Below, piece after piece: positions 17,881 through 28,159 of a stretch of DNA of 64,000 bases; the first letter of the stretch is position 1; every line of letters starts with the position of its first letter. The position numbers and the translations under genes were made by a program. The notes beneath the pieces were generated by a model. That model ran no database searches and had not been told where the DNA came from. It saw nothing but the letters and a program-made list of their open reading frames with translations. Origin of the DNA: Alphaproteobacteria bacterium (GTDB lineage: Bacteria > Pseudomonadota > Alphaproteobacteria > RF32 > CAG-239); assembly GCA_045597005.1 (NCBI GenBank), contig JAZODJ010000026.1, positions 60,263 to 124,262 of the forward strand. The letters are read 5' to 3'.

Positions 17881-20800
17881 TTAATTTAGTTTATTTAATG
17901 CTCTTGCCAAAACATAATAAAGACGTCCCATATCAGCTCCTGAAATAACAGCCATCAAAGCCGCCGAATGTTCATGAGACTTAGATTTTTCTACCAAAGT
18001 TTCAAATTCTTTCATATATGTATCAACTAATTTTCGTAATTCATCATTCTTTTCAAATTCTTTACGCAAAGCACTAATTTGTGAATTACTCATATTTTTG
18101 GCAACAGATCTGATAAATACTTGAGTATCACCATTATAAAACTTCTTCCATAAATCTTCTTCATCACGCGGTTTTAACAACCTGTTTACATCCACAGAAA
18201 CACTTTCTAAAACACTTATAATTTTTGCTGCATCTTTCAAAAATGTATCAACTTTAACATCTTTATATACCGTTGACAAACCTTTCATAACCTTTTCGGC
18301 TTTATTGGCCGTATCGGTAAGTGTTTTGGTTTGTATCGTTACAGTATCATTAAATCTAATACTTTCTTTAACAATATTTTGTCCTTGGGTTTCAAAAGCC
18401 TTTCCTGCATCCACTAAATCAGATAAACTCTTATTAACCTTATCTGCAGTATTGTCAGCCATTGCTGTCAAAGCTTGAGATTGTTTTACAAAAACATCTC
18501 CTGATGACAAAATACTATTAGAAATTCTTTCGGCATTAGCAGCCACTTCATTAAGCGTTGCTCTCAGCCTATCACCTGATTTTTCCATATGAGTAGCACT
18601 TAGCTTTACAGCATCGTCCATTTCTATTCCTAGTTTTTTCAAATCCTGTCCCAAACTTCTGACTTTATCATATGCATCATTAGCCCTGTCGGCCAATTTA
18701 TTAGATGTATCATTCAAAACAGTATTAAAACAATCTACTAACTTTTTGGTATCTTCTGATATTTGAACCATTTTATTGCTTTGAACTGAAATCAAATTAT
18801 TTATTTCAACCACTCCGGTAGATGTTTCTGCCGTAATAGTATTAAAACCGGCCAAATATTTTTCATATTCATTAAATACACCATTAATATTTTCAACAGA
18901 ATGAAATATTGTTGTATCTAAATCCTCACTACACTGATTCAAACGCAAACTTGTCTGATCAATATTTTTTATAGAATCTTTTGCTGCTTTACTAATTGCA
19001 TCACAAGCTTTCAATAATCTGTCACCCAAAACATCAAATTCATATGACAATTTTGTTGTTGTATCAAAAATATTACCGGTATTTTCTTTAAAATTAGTAT
19101 TAATTTCTTGCATTTTAGTCGCAACATCAACAGTTGCATCTGTCAAATACTTAAATTGTTGCGCAAATGATGCTTCTCCTAACCTTGCTTGCGTAGCTAA
19201 AGTATTAATTACTTCAGTAATATTATTCTTTTGCACTTCAAGCATGTGTGCAATACCTTCACCTTGTGAAATCATCTTTAAACCGGTGTTTTCCATATAT
19301 TTTGTTTGTTCATTAAATTTTTGCCATGTTGTCTCGTTTTCTTCCAACAAATCTTTTTGAATCTCTGACAAACGCGACGATGTATCTGAAATTTCTTGCA
19401 ATGTTTCTCCGGCACTAATTTTCATTGTTGAAATTGCAGTATTAAAATCATCCAAATTAAGCTTTACAACATCCACAACACTATTTAACTTAGTAATCGC
19501 ATCTTCAACAGTTTGTATTGTTAATTCGTGTTTAGCCGTCAAGAGTTTTTCAATTTCAGCTAATTCTTTAATTGATTTTTGTGAGTTTGCCACAACAGTT
19601 TCAGCTTTATGCCCTGTATCCTCCTCCAAAATTGTCAAACGAGCAAACAATTTATCGGCTCCCTCTTCTATTCCCGTCATCTGTTTTCTCAAAATTTCAG
19701 ACATTCGATTTGTATTTTCTGAAACTTTCTCACAATAAGTGTTAAAATCTGCTTCTTGTTGACGGAATAACAAATTAATCGTAGCAATCTTATTATCTAA
19801 ACCGGATACCGTATCTGTAATATATTCGGCAGCAACCTTTGATATATCATTAACCATATCGCTCTTAGCTGCAAAATCAGATATCGATTTATTCAAAACA
19901 GCTTCAGATGTTGTGGTAACTTCGTTAAGTTTCTTAATGTGTTTATCTAAATCATTACCTATTTTTTCGTTTTTATCTTCAATATTACTCGTCAATACTT
20001 CCATTGATTGCGACTGTTTAATTAAAATATTTTCAAATTGAGCAACTTTTGCCATTGTCCTGTTCGCTGAAGTATCAAACTGATTGGCCTGTTCAAGCAA
20101 ATTATCATTAATGGTTTTACTTTTATTAATGGCATCATTACATTGCGTTAACATCTTAGCTATATTTGATTTCAAAACTTCCAAAATATTAGCTGCATCT
20201 TTTTCTAAAGTCTCTGATGCTGTTGACAATTCATCAATTTGACGTTTCAATTCATTCTTAATATCTTCAACATGAGCAGCTGTATCGGTAATATGTTTTT
20301 GTTGTTGAGCTAAAGATGCTTCACTTATCTGACTTTGTGTAACAACTATCGATGATGCTTCAGTTAAACTGTTTGTATGTTTATTCATCAACGATGCAAC
20401 CTTATTTATACTCTCTATCGATTGAGCCGTTTGTACCATCATATTTTCGGTAGAAGCATTTATTCCTTTATCAACTTCCGCTAACTGATTCAAATTTCCT
20501 GCAATATTTTTTTGTAAAGTACTATAGCGATTATTCAAAACATCCGTAAGTCCAACAAGTTTATCAATACTATTACCACTTAACTTACCAAATTCATCAA
20601 CTTTCATATTCAAACTATTAATATATGATACAATATCATCATTAGCAATCGAAACCTTATCATCTAAATAGTTTACACTCTCTGCCAAAGATGTTTCCAC
20701 ACTTTGCATTGCTGTAACAGCTTTATCGGAAACGTTCGTAAGATTCGCTACTTGCATAGCAACGGAATCCTCCAAATTAGAGGTTCTGACCATAATCTTA

Positions 20801-22071
20801 TCCAACTCTTGAGCAATATTTTCACCGAACGCCGCAAATTTTTTATTAACTCCATCTGCCCGTTCATCCAAAACTTTTACAAAAGCGATAATATCTTTAT
20901 TATGCTTAGTCAACGACTCTTCAATCTTTTGAATTTGCAAATCCACTACATTATCAACATCATCAAAACCTTTTTTTATGTTATTATTGATAATACCAAC
21001 ATTAGATATTGCTGTTTTTGTAATATCTTCCGTTTTATCTTTCATCTCTTTGGTTGCTTTCTCTAAAACCAACGTTAATTTTTGACTGTGATTATGTAAC
21101 ACATCTTCCATATCCGCAATTTCTTTAGCCACGGTTGTCTTTGCTAAATCACAGTTTGTCATAGCTAAATCAGCCACCTGTTTCAGTGAATTTGCTTGTC
21201 CGACCAAAACTGTTTGCATTTCACCTAAAGTACTGTTTGTTTTTTCGGCAATAAGTTTTAAACTATCATTTGCTTTTACCATATCAATAGTTGAACCATT
21301 GGTTACTTCTCTTAACAAAACAGCAGTATCATTAATTTCCTTAACTTTTGGCAAAAGTTTATCAAATAATGTCATCAAAGACTTTTCAATACCGTTACTG
21401 TCATCCATAAACTCTTTGTTTAACTGAGCAAACCTTTGACTTGATACTTGTGTCTTATTCAACATATTATCAAAATTAGCCATTAAAAATTTAACACCAT
21501 CACTAAGTTCCACAATCGTTTTGGTTGAATAATTATCTAATTTTCCTACTAATTTGGCAAAATCATCCACGTTGTTTTTTATAGCATCTTTAATTTGTGA
21601 TGTTTGTTCATGAGCCAATTTTGAAACCTGTTGCAATTCAACAACTTGCGAACGGATTGCATCAGCCATTGCTTTCGCGGTCTGGGGAGCACCGTCTTCA
21701 GGATAAACCAGCTGATTCATATATGCGCGTAAAAACTTTGCCTCTTGCTTAAAAGATGTTCCGCGGTCAATATAAGCCATAACAACCCAAATAATTGCTA
21801 AAGGCAATGTAACACCAGCCAAAAAACCACCAAATTCATCAGGCATCATCAAAAACAAATTTGACCACCCAAAAAATTGAGTTATATAAATCAATACAAT
21901 AGCAAACCAAACAATACTTACACTAACCATCAACTTGTGTAAATTAGTATTTAGCCAAGATTGCTTTTCTTCTATTTCAATTGAATTTTGATAATTATTG
22001 TTTTCATTCATAAACTGCGGTAAAACTGTAACCTTACCGTTATCAGCTGTTTTATCAGACATCTGAAACAT
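17881..22071 (-). CDS. Giant membrane-anchored alpha-helical/coiled-coil protein of 1396 aa
   Basis: A short N-terminal cytoplasmic segment is followed by two hydrophobic helices (residues about 47-100). The remaining roughly 1250 aa are heptad-like and hydrophilic, rich in N/K/E/Q/L and without enzymatic motifs. Confidence 0.6.
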   Translation of the reverse strand: MFQMSDKTADNGKVTVLPQFMNENNNYQNSIEIEEKQSWLNTNLHKLMVSVSIVWFAIVLIYITQFFGWSNLFLMMPDEFGGFLAGVTLPLAIIWVVMAYIDRGTSFKQEAKFLRAYMNQLVYPEDGAPQTAKAMADAIRSQVVELQQVSKLAHEQTSQIKDAIKNNVDDFAKLVGKLDNYSTKTIVELSDGVKFLMANFDNMLNKTQVSSQRFAQLNKEFMDDSNGIEKSLMTLFDKLLPKVKEINDTAVLLREVTNGSTIDMVKANDSLKLIAEKTNSTLGEMQTVLVGQANSLKQVADLAMTNCDLAKTTVAKEIADMEDVLHNHSQKLTLVLEKATKEMKDKTEDITKTAISNVGIINNNIKKGFDDVDNVVDLQIQKIEESLTKHNKDIIAFVKVLDERADGVNKKFAAFGENIAQELDKIMVRTSNLEDSVAMQVANLTNVSDKAVTAMQSVETSLAESVNYLDDKVSIANDDIVSYINSLNMKVDEFGKLSGNSIDKLVGLTDVLNNRYSTLQKNIAGNLNQLAEVDKGINASTENMMVQTAQSIESINKVASLMNKHTNSLTEASSIVVTQSQISEASLAQQQKHITDTAAHVEDIKNELKRQIDELSTASETLEKDAANILEVLKSNIAKMLTQCNDAINKSKTINDNLLEQANQFDTSANRTMAKVAQFENILIKQSQSMEVLTSNIEDKNEKIGNDLDKHIKKLNEVTTTSEAVLNKSISDFAAKSDMVNDISKVAAEYITDTVSGLDNKIATINLLFRQQEADFNTYCEKVSENTNRMSEILRKQMTGIEEGADKLFARLTILEEDTGHKAETVVANSQKSIKELAEIEKLLTAKHELTIQTVEDAITKLNSVVDVVKLNLDDFNTAISTMKISAGETLQEISDTSSRLSEIQKDLLEENETTWQKFNEQTKYMENTGLKMISQGEGIAHMLEVQKNNITEVINTLATQARLGEASFAQQFKYLTDATVDVATKMQEINTNFKENTGNIFDTTTKLSYEFDVLGDRLLKACDAISKAAKDSIKNIDQTSLRLNQCSEDLDTTIFHSVENINGVFNEYEKYLAGFNTITAETSTGVVEINNLISVQSNKMVQISEDTKKLVDCFNTVLNDTSNKLADRANDAYDKVRSLGQDLKKLGIEMDDAVKLSATHMEKSGDRLRATLNEVAANAERISNSILSSGDVFVKQSQALTAMADNTADKVNKSLSDLVDAGKAFETQGQNIVKESIRFNDTVTIQTKTLTDTANKAEKVMKGLSTVYKDVKVDTFLKDAAKIISVLESVSVDVNRLLKPRDEEDLWKKFYNGDTQVFIRSVAKNMSNSQISALRKEFEKNDELRKLVDTYMKEFETLVEKSKSHEHSAALMAVISGADMGRLYYVLARALNKLN

Positions 22072-22195
22072 TCCCCATAAATAAAAAAAATCCCCATAGC
22101 TTTAAAACAAAAGCCATGAGGCATTATAAGCATATTTTTTAAAATTGGAAACACTATTAAATATCTATGGACGTTTATCCACAAACTTTATTCAC

Positions 22196-22375
22196 TTAAT
22201 TTTTTTCTTCTTTCTTCAATACATAAATCAATTTTTGCATAGCTCGTGTTTTCATCTCACTTTCACTCAAATTTGCAGGAAGAACCACAACCGCCTCTAT
22301 AGCCGTATTTGGTTCAATTGCAGTAACTTTTACCACATTTCCTTGTTTTACAAATTCAAACAAAACCTCAGACAT
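22196..22375 (-). CDS. Small ORF of 59 aa (MSEVLFEFVKQGNVVKVTAIEPNTAIEAVVVLPANLSESEMKTRAMQKLIYVLKKEEKN) lying 5 nt downstream of parC
   Basis: My own translation. It is not in the ORF track because it is under 60 aa. It is tightly coupled to the parC stop. Confidence 0.35.
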   Translation of the reverse strand: MSEVLFEFVKQGNVVKVTAIEPNTAIEAVVVLPANLSESEMKTRAMQKLIYVLKKEEKN

Positions 22376-22380
22376 AACCG

Positions 22381-24603
22381 CTACTTCAAAAATTTATTTG
22401 TTTTTGCAAATCCGAACGGTGCCAATTTTCCGACTTGCGCACGATGCCCCAACCATGTAATCAAATCTTTTTCAATACTGATACCGCCCGATCTGTTATA
22501 GCTGAACCCGTCTTCCTCTTTAAATATTTGAATATCACTTAAGCCACCGTCTTTATATTTCTGCAAACAAACACCATGACCGCGAGCCATTGTCGGCACT
22601 TCTTCAAGTTTAAACACTAATATTTTGCGATTATCACCGATTGTTGCCACCATATCACCGACAATTTTTTTACAGAACATCGTTTTTTCACCTTCGGCAA
22701 CATTCATAATTTTACGTCCTTGTCTGGTTTGTGCTACCAAATGATTCTCATCGACAATAAAACCATAACCCTTATTAGATGCAATCAAATATGATGCTTT
22801 TGGCTCAAAAACAAACATATCCGTAATAGTATCATTGTTCCCAACATCAACCATCAATCTCAGTGGTTGTCCGAAACCTCTACCTGAGGGAATATCACAA
22901 GCATTAATATTAAAAAACTTTCCGGATGAATCAAACAAAACTATCTTATCCGTCGTTTGCGCATGAATAGCCAATAACAAACCGTCATCATCCTTAAATT
23001 TAAATTCGTCCGTCAATGAAACATATCCTTTCATACAACGAATCCATCCTTTTTCAGACAAAATAACGGTTATCGGTTCTTTTTCAACCAATGCTTCCAT
23101 TGATATATCTATGCTTTCCAAATCAACTTCGGCAAATTCAGTTCTCCGACGCCCCAATGCTGTTTTTTTACCAAATTTTTCTTTAATTGCTTTGATTTCC
23201 TCAGCAACTTTTTGCCAACGCAAATTTTCATCAGACATCAGCTTATCAAGTTCTTCTTTTTCTGAAGTCAAATCATCATATTCTTTTCTGATATCAGCTT
23301 CTTCCAATTTTCGAAGGTTTCTCAATTTCATATTCAAAATTGATTCAGCCTGAATTTCACTCAAGTTAAAAGTAACCATCATCTTATTTTTAGGATCATC
23401 ATCCTCACGAATAATTCTGATAATTTCATCCAGATTTAAATAAGCAATCAAATAACCTGATAAAATTTCAAGCCTGTTAATAATTTTTTGCAAACGATGG
23501 TTCGTGCGTCTTTCCAAAACTTTGATACGATGATTTAAAAATTCTCTCAAAACTTCGGCAATACTCATAACTCTGGGAACACCGTCTGAATCCAACACAT
23601 TCATATTCATATTAAATTTGGATTCAAGCTCTGTATTTTTAAACAAAAGTTCCATCAACATATTAGCGTCAACATTTCGATTTTTCGGTTCCAAAACAAT
23701 ACGAACATCTTGAGCTGATTCATCTCTGACATCATTTAACAGAGGAACTTTCTTTTCTTGCAACAACAGAGCAATTCTTTCAATAAGCTTGGACTTAACC
23801 ACTTGATATGGTATCTCACTAACTACAATTTGATACTGCCCCATTCCAAGGTCTTCTTTTTCCCATTTTGCTCTAACCCTGAAATTTCCTTTTCCTGTTG
23901 TATAGGCATCTAAAATCGTAGCAAATTTATCAACAATGATTCCGCCGGTAGGAAAATCAGGACCTTTTAATTTTCTGACCAAACTTTCAATTGTTGCATC
24001 AGGCTTCTCAATCATCAAAAGTAAAGCATCACAAACCTCAGACAAATTATGAGGCGGAATATTAGTTGCCATACCCACAGCAATACCGTTTGACCCGTTG
24101 CATAACAAGTTAGGTACCGCCCCAGGCATTACAACCGGTTCTTGCTCCTCTCCATCATAAGTATCTCTGAAATCAACGGCATCTTCATTCAAACCTTCCA
24201 TCAAAGCAATGGCATATTCGGTTAATCTGGCCTCGGTATAACGCATTGCAGCCGGGCTATCACCGTCTATATTACCAAAGTTACCCTGTCCGTCTACAAG
24301 CGGATAGCGCACCGAAAAATCTTGTGCCAACCGACACATCGCCCCATAAACGGAACTATCACCATGAGGATGATATTTACCGATAACATCACCGACAACA
24401 CGTGCGCATTTCTTAAAACCTGACTTAGGATCCAGATGGAGTTGTCTCATCGCATACATCAAACGACGATGTACCGGCTTTAATCCGTCTCTGACATCCG
24501 GAAGAGAACGAGACACAATTGTCGACATCGCATACGACAAATAACGACTACTTAATTCTTCCGCCAATGCAACTGTTTTTATTTTTTCTTCTATCTCAGC
24601 CAT
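22381..24603 (-). CDS. parC: DNA topoisomerase IV subunit A
   Basis: GyrA/ParC N-terminal domain with the active-site region ...[10 protein letters not shown].... The 740-aa length and short C-terminal domain fit ParC better than GyrA. Confidence 0.85.
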   Translation of the reverse strand: MAEIEEKIKTVALAEELSSRYLSYAMSTIVSRSLPDVRDGLKPVHRRLMYAMRQLHLDPKSGFKKCARVVGDVIGKYHPHGDSSVYGAMCRLAQDFSVRYPLVDGQGNFGNIDGDSPAAMRYTEARLTEYAIALMEGLNEDAVDFRDTYDGEEQEPVVMPGAVPNLLCNGSNGIAVGMATNIPPHNLSEVCDALLLMIEKPDATIESLVRKLKGPDFPTGGIIVDKFATILDAYTTGKGNFRVRAKWEKEDLGMGQYQIVVSEIPYQVVKSKLIERIALLLQEKKVPLLNDVRDESAQDVRIVLEPKNRNVDANMLMELLFKNTELESKFNMNMNVLDSDGVPRVMSIAEVLREFLNHRIKVLERRTNHRLQKIINRLEILSGYLIAYLNLDEIIRIIREDDDPKNKMMVTFNLSEIQAESILNMKLRNLRKLEEADIRKEYDDLTSEKEELDKLMSDENLRWQKVAEEIKAIKEKFGKKTALGRRRTEFAEVDLESIDISMEALVEKEPITVILSEKGWIRCMKGYVSLTDEFKFKDDDGLLLAIHAQTTDKIVLFDSSGKFFNINACDIPSGRGFGQPLRLMVDVGNNDTITDMFVFEPKASYLIASNKGYGFIVDENHLVAQTRQGRKIMNVAEGEKTMFCKKIVGDMVATIGDNRKILVFKLEEVPTMARGHGVCLQKYKDGGLSDIQIFKEEDGFSYNRSGGISIEKDLITWLGHRAQVGKLAPFGFAKTNKFLK

Positions 24604-24611
24604 TTACAATC

Positions 24612-25331
24612 CTAAACATTCCATATAATTTCTGCCAAATTAACACGACAATCCGGAAATTTCAAGTTGTGAATTGCAAAAAAGTTTTTATTGAGGAAAA
24701 ATTCCGTCATTCTCAACAAATCCGCCACTTCTGCATTTGTAGGCTCAAAATTTTGCTCAACCACAAAATGCGGAAATTTAAATAATCTGTCTTTATACGG
24801 CTCGCCGGATTCTTTACAAACAGCTTTTGCCGATTTCGGAGAAACAAATTCCAAATTTTCAGTCTTTCCTGTTGCCGAACACTCGCTTAAATCAATCCCT
24901 ATCCCCAAAAAATCCAACAAATAAAATTCAAACAAAGAATAATTCATTAACCAATGTTTTTCATCTATCAGATTAACAAAACTTTCAACCCAATAATAAA
25001 ATCTATCCAAAGGTTGCAATTCCGGCAAACACAGATTACTCAATACACAAAAACAAGACAGCACTCGTAATTTATCGGCAGACGATATAAAATTAACGGC
25101 ATATGGTTTTATCAACTCTGTTTTCAGCAACAACATATTATCATCAACACGCGACCACGCATCAATTTTTATTTTATTTCCTAACTGAAAAACAGCCAAA
25201 TTTTTTTTAGAAACACCAGACTTCACATATCCGCAAACTTTGCCGTATTCCTTGCATAAAATCGTCAATACTAACGATTTTTCGCCATGTTTTCGACAAT
25301 TTATAATATATCCCTCATCTGTAAATTGCAT
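24612..25331 (-). CDS. recO: DNA repair protein RecO
   Basis: RecO N-terminal OB-fold-like region. Size and context fit. Similarity is modest. Confidence 0.6.
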   Translation of the reverse strand: MQFTDEGYIINCRKHGEKSLVLTILCKEYGKVCGYVKSGVSKKNLAVFQLGNKIKIDAWSRVDDNMLLLKTELIKPYAVNFISSADKLRVLSCFCVLSNLCLPELQPLDRFYYWVESFVNLIDEKHWLMNYSLFEFYLLDFLGIGIDLSECSATGKTENLEFVSPKSAKAVCKESGEPYKDRLFKFPHFVVEQNFEPTNAEVADLLRMTEFFLNKNFFAIHNLKFPDCRVNLAEIIWNV

Positions 25332-25334
25332 TTT

Positions 25335-26198
25335 CTAAAAATAATCACTAATTTTTGTCTTAGTCAAAACATCATATTCTTTTAAATATGACAACATATT
25401 CTTCATATCTTTTAAAGCAATTGTATTAGGACCATCTGACAAAGCCTTATCCGGATTTTCATGCGTTTCAACAAACAATCCGCCTATTCCGGCAGCAATA
25501 GCAGCTCGAGCCAAAACAGGAGCCATTTCACGATTACCTCCGGTAGCAGTTCCTAACCCTCCCGGTTTCTGTACCGAGTGTGTACAATCAAAAATAACCG
25601 GACACCCTGTTGTTTTTGCCATTGTCGGAAAGCCTGTCATATCAACTACTAAAGTATGATATCCGAATGACGTACCGCGTTCTGTCAAACAAACACTGCT
25701 GTTTCCGGCATCCAAACACTTCTGAACAGCATTTTTCATATCTTCAGGAGCTAAAAACTGTCCTTTTTTAATATTTACAACTTTACCAGTCTTAGCGGCA
25801 GCTACCACCAAATCAGTTTGTCGGCACAAAAATGCCGGAATTTGTAACATATCAACATGTTTTGCAACTTCTGCACATTGTCCGGCTTCATGAACATCAG
25901 TAACTATAGGAATATTATCATAAAGACGTTTTATCTCATCAAATGTTTCCATTCCTTTATCAAAACCTACACCACGAGCGCCATTTATAGAAGAACGATT
26001 CGCTTTATCAAATGATGCTTTAAATATATAGGGAATATTCAATTCTCCGGTAATATCAATCATTGCACCACAAATATCGATTGCATGTTGCTTACTTTCA
26101 ATCTGACATGGACCGCAAATCAAAGCAAAAGGCAAACGATTACCTATCTCAACATTACCAACTTTCACGATTTTTTGTTCCATAGCTACACCTTTCAT
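25335..26198 (-). CDS. kdsA: 2-dehydro-3-deoxyphosphooctonate aldolase (KDO-8-phosphate synthase)
   Basis: DAHP/KDO8P synthase barrel (GPCQIES, KASFDKANRSS). The alternative internal start MEQKIVKV is plausible. Confidence 0.88.
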   Translation of the reverse strand: MKGVAMEQKIVKVGNVEIGNRLPFALICGPCQIESKQHAIDICGAMIDITGELNIPYIFKASFDKANRSSINGARGVGFDKGMETFDEIKRLYDNIPIVTDVHEAGQCAEVAKHVDMLQIPAFLCRQTDLVVAAAKTGKVVNIKKGQFLAPEDMKNAVQKCLDAGNSSVCLTERGTSFGYHTLVVDMTGFPTMAKTTGCPVIFDCTHSVQKPGGLGTATGGNREMAPVLARAAIAAGIGGLFVETHENPDKALSDGPNTIALKDMKNMLSYLKEYDVLTKTKISDYF

Positions 26199-26301
26199 AG
26201 ATAGTTCAACATGACGAGCAAAATATCATTTATTTCATATTTTTGCAACCAATAAATTAAAAACCAATATAGACAAAAAAATATTTATATTTTTAATTAT
26301 C

Positions 26302-26307
26302 TTGACA
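26302..26307 (+). promoter_or_regulatory. Candidate -35 hexamer TTGACA of the perR-rbr promoter
   Basis: Consensus -35 hexamer about 15-17 nt upstream of a TATAAA-like element and the Per-box. Confidence 0.3.
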
Positions 26308-26330
26308 ACCATTAGTTTATCATATAAAAA

Positions 26331-26345
26331 CAATAATTATTATCA
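26331..26345 (+). promoter_or_regulatory. Candidate Fur/PerR box (CAATAATTATTATCA) overlapping the promoter of the fur-like/rubrerythrin operon
   Basis: 12 of 15 positions match the 7-1-7 consensus TTATAATnATTATAA. It lies just downstream of a TTGACA -35 element. Confidence 0.4.
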
Positions 26346-26361
26346 CTTTATATTAAAGAGT

Positions 26362-26766
26362 ATGAAAATGAACTATTCAAAACAAAGGAATCTTATTTTA
26401 GCGGCTGTACAAAACGGCCCTCATCACCCCACTGCCGAGCAAGTGTACGAACAAGTACACAAACAAGATGCTCACATATCTTTAGCAACCGTATATCGTA
26501 ATCTTAACCAACTTGCCGAAAATGATATAATTAAAAAAATAGATCATCTGGACAATCAAGCTCACTTTGACCACACTTTGAGTGATCATTATCACTTCAT
26601 CTGTTCAGAATGTTCTTGTATTATTGACATCGATTGCAATATCGTATCTAATCTCAAACAACACCTTTTGACACAAAACGGTTTAAGTGTTGACAGTATT
26701 GAGCTGTCATTTCATGGCTTATGTCCCGAATGTCAAAAGAAAAATATAACTAACCACAAGGAGTAA
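26362..26766 (+). CDS. Fur-family transcriptional regulator, PerR-like
   Basis: Fur DNA-binding helix ([10 protein letters not shown]), an HHxH metal site and C-terminal CxxC pairs. Lies immediately upstream of rubrerythrin. The start was moved to MKMNYSK because of an SD-like aagag. Confidence 0.75.
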   Translation: MKMNYSKQRNLILAAVQNGPHHPTAEQVYEQVHKQDAHISLATVYRNLNQLAENDIIKKIDHLDNQAHFDHTLSDHYHFICSECSCIIDIDCNIVSNLKQHLLTQNGLSVDSIELSFHGLCPECQKKNITNHKE

Positions 26767-26771
26767 AACAA

Positions 26772-27311
26772 ATGGAACTAAAAGGTTCAAAAACCGAAAA
26801 AAACTTAATGGATGCTTTTGCAGGTGAATCTCAGGCTCGCAATAAATATACTTATTATGCATCAAAAGCCAAAAAAGAAGGTTATAATATTATAGCAGCC
26901 AAATTTGAAGAAACAGCCAACAACGAAAAAGAACATGCCAAAATTTGGTTCAAATTACTTCATGGTGGTGAAGTTCCCTCCACAATGGAAAACTTAAAAG
27001 ATGCTGCTGAAGGCGAAAACTACGAATGGACAGATATGTATGCTCGTATGGCTAAAGAAGCTCGCGAAGAAGGTTTTACCAAAATTGCCGCATTGTTTGA
27101 TATGGTAGGTAAAATCGAAAAAGGCCACGAAGAACGCTATCAAGCTTTGTTGAAATCACTAACCGAAGGTACCATCTTTAATCGTCCTACAAAAGTAATT
27201 TGGGAATGTGCAAACTGCGGTTGTCGCATTGAATCCGCCAATGCGCCTGCCAAATGCCCTGTTTGCGATCATCCGCAATCATATTTCTTTGAATTACAAG
27301 AACAATTCTAA
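26772..27311 (+). CDS. rbr: Rubrerythrin
   Basis: Ferritin-like di-iron E..H motifs plus a C-terminal rubredoxin-like CxxC...CxxC (CANCGC...CPVCDHP). Confidence 0.88.
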   Translation: MELKGSKTEKNLMDAFAGESQARNKYTYYASKAKKEGYNIIAAKFEETANNEKEHAKIWFKLLHGGEVPSTMENLKDAAEGENYEWTDMYARMAKEAREEGFTKIAALFDMVGKIEKGHEERYQALLKSLTEGTIFNRPTKVIWECANCGCRIESANAPAKCPVCDHPQSYFFELQEQF

Positions 27312-27331
27312 TCAAAATATTCAAAAAACCA

Positions 27332-27362
27332 AAGCCCATTCTTTTCAGAATGGGCTTTTTCT
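27332..27362. terminator. Bidirectional rho-independent terminator
   Basis: aagcccattc-ttttcag-aatgggctt followed by a T-run. Confidence 0.65.
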
Positions 27363-27380
27363 ATAACCAAAAAACTTGAT

Positions 27381-27602
27381 TTATGCTTCAACAGCTTCTT
27401 CTACAAGTTTCAAACTTCCGGCAACAGTTTTTTCTCTTTCAGTCTTAAGCTCATAGCTCACCTTTGCATTTTCACGCAAAGTAAACATACCGGCCTCTTT
27501 AACAGCTGTAATATGTACAAAAACATCATTACCGCCCTCATCCGGAGTAATAAAACCATACCCTTTTTTCTTATTAAACCATTTAACTGTTCCTGTTGCC
27601 AT
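27381..27602 (-). CDS. cspA: Cold-shock protein, CspA family
   Basis: [18 protein letters not shown]..., with RNP1/RNP2 motifs. The start was moved to the internal Met. The ORF track has a 20-aa upstream extension. Confidence 0.85.
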   Translation of the reverse strand: MATGTVKWFNKKKGYGFITPDEGGNDVFVHITAVKEAGMFTLRENAKVSYELKTEREKTVAGSLKLVEEAVEA

Positions 27603-27797
27603 CTCGAATAATCCTTCACTTAAAAACAGGTTGATATAGAAGCGCAAAAAACATCGCTCCATGATTCATTCATCACGTCATTAAGTGTAATACAGTATTT
27701 TTTTGTTGGCAAGAATATTTTAGCTAAACATACTTGGAAATTAACAAGATATTCTTATTTTAAATAGCACATCAACACCAAAGAAAGGAAAACAAAA

Positions 27798-28049
27798 ATG
27801 CGCAAATATATTGCTTTGATATTACTTTTACCGACTGCATTTATGATTATTTCCGGCGCAGCCAATGCCCAACGCAAAAACACTACAGCTCACGATGTTC
27901 CCTCCAAAATCGAAGCTGATATCAAAAATTTCGAAAAAGACATAAAAGAAAAAACAGACAAATATGATTGCAAATGCAAAGAAATTAAACATTGTTGCAA
28001 AAAGTGCAAAAAAATGCGCAAAAAACACAAAAAAGAAACTAATAATTAA
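27798..28049 (+). CDS. Small secreted Cys/Lys-rich protein
   Basis: Signal peptide MRKYIALILLLPTAFMIISGAANA followed by QR.... The C-terminus reads CKCKEIKHCCKKCKKMRKKHKK. Confidence 0.45.
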   Translation: MRKYIALILLLPTAFMIISGAANAQRKNTTAHDVPSKIEADIKNFEKDIKEKTDKYDCKCKEIKHCCKKCKKMRKKHKKETNN

Positions 28050-28159
28050 TTTTCAACAAAAAACTTCACAAAATTAAAATATGTGTTATAGTCATTACTC
28101 GCATGCCTGCACCAATGGGGGTGTGGGCATTTCATTACGTTATGAAAAGGAATAAACAA

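Noticed and set aside
22145-22501. Plus-strand 118-aa ORF
   Set aside because: It overlaps the 3' end of parC and the small coupled ORF on the opposite strand. It has no SD and is hydrophobic low-complexity. It is spurious.
27381-27662. Longer 93-aa version of the cold-shock gene, and upstream-extended starts for proS at 28103, the Fur-like gene at 26302 and Hsp20 at 11347
   Set aside because: The internal Met codons give the canonical N-termini ([10 protein letters not shown] for Csp, and so on). Some are preceded by SD-like sequences. The extensions are hydrophobic or non-conserved.
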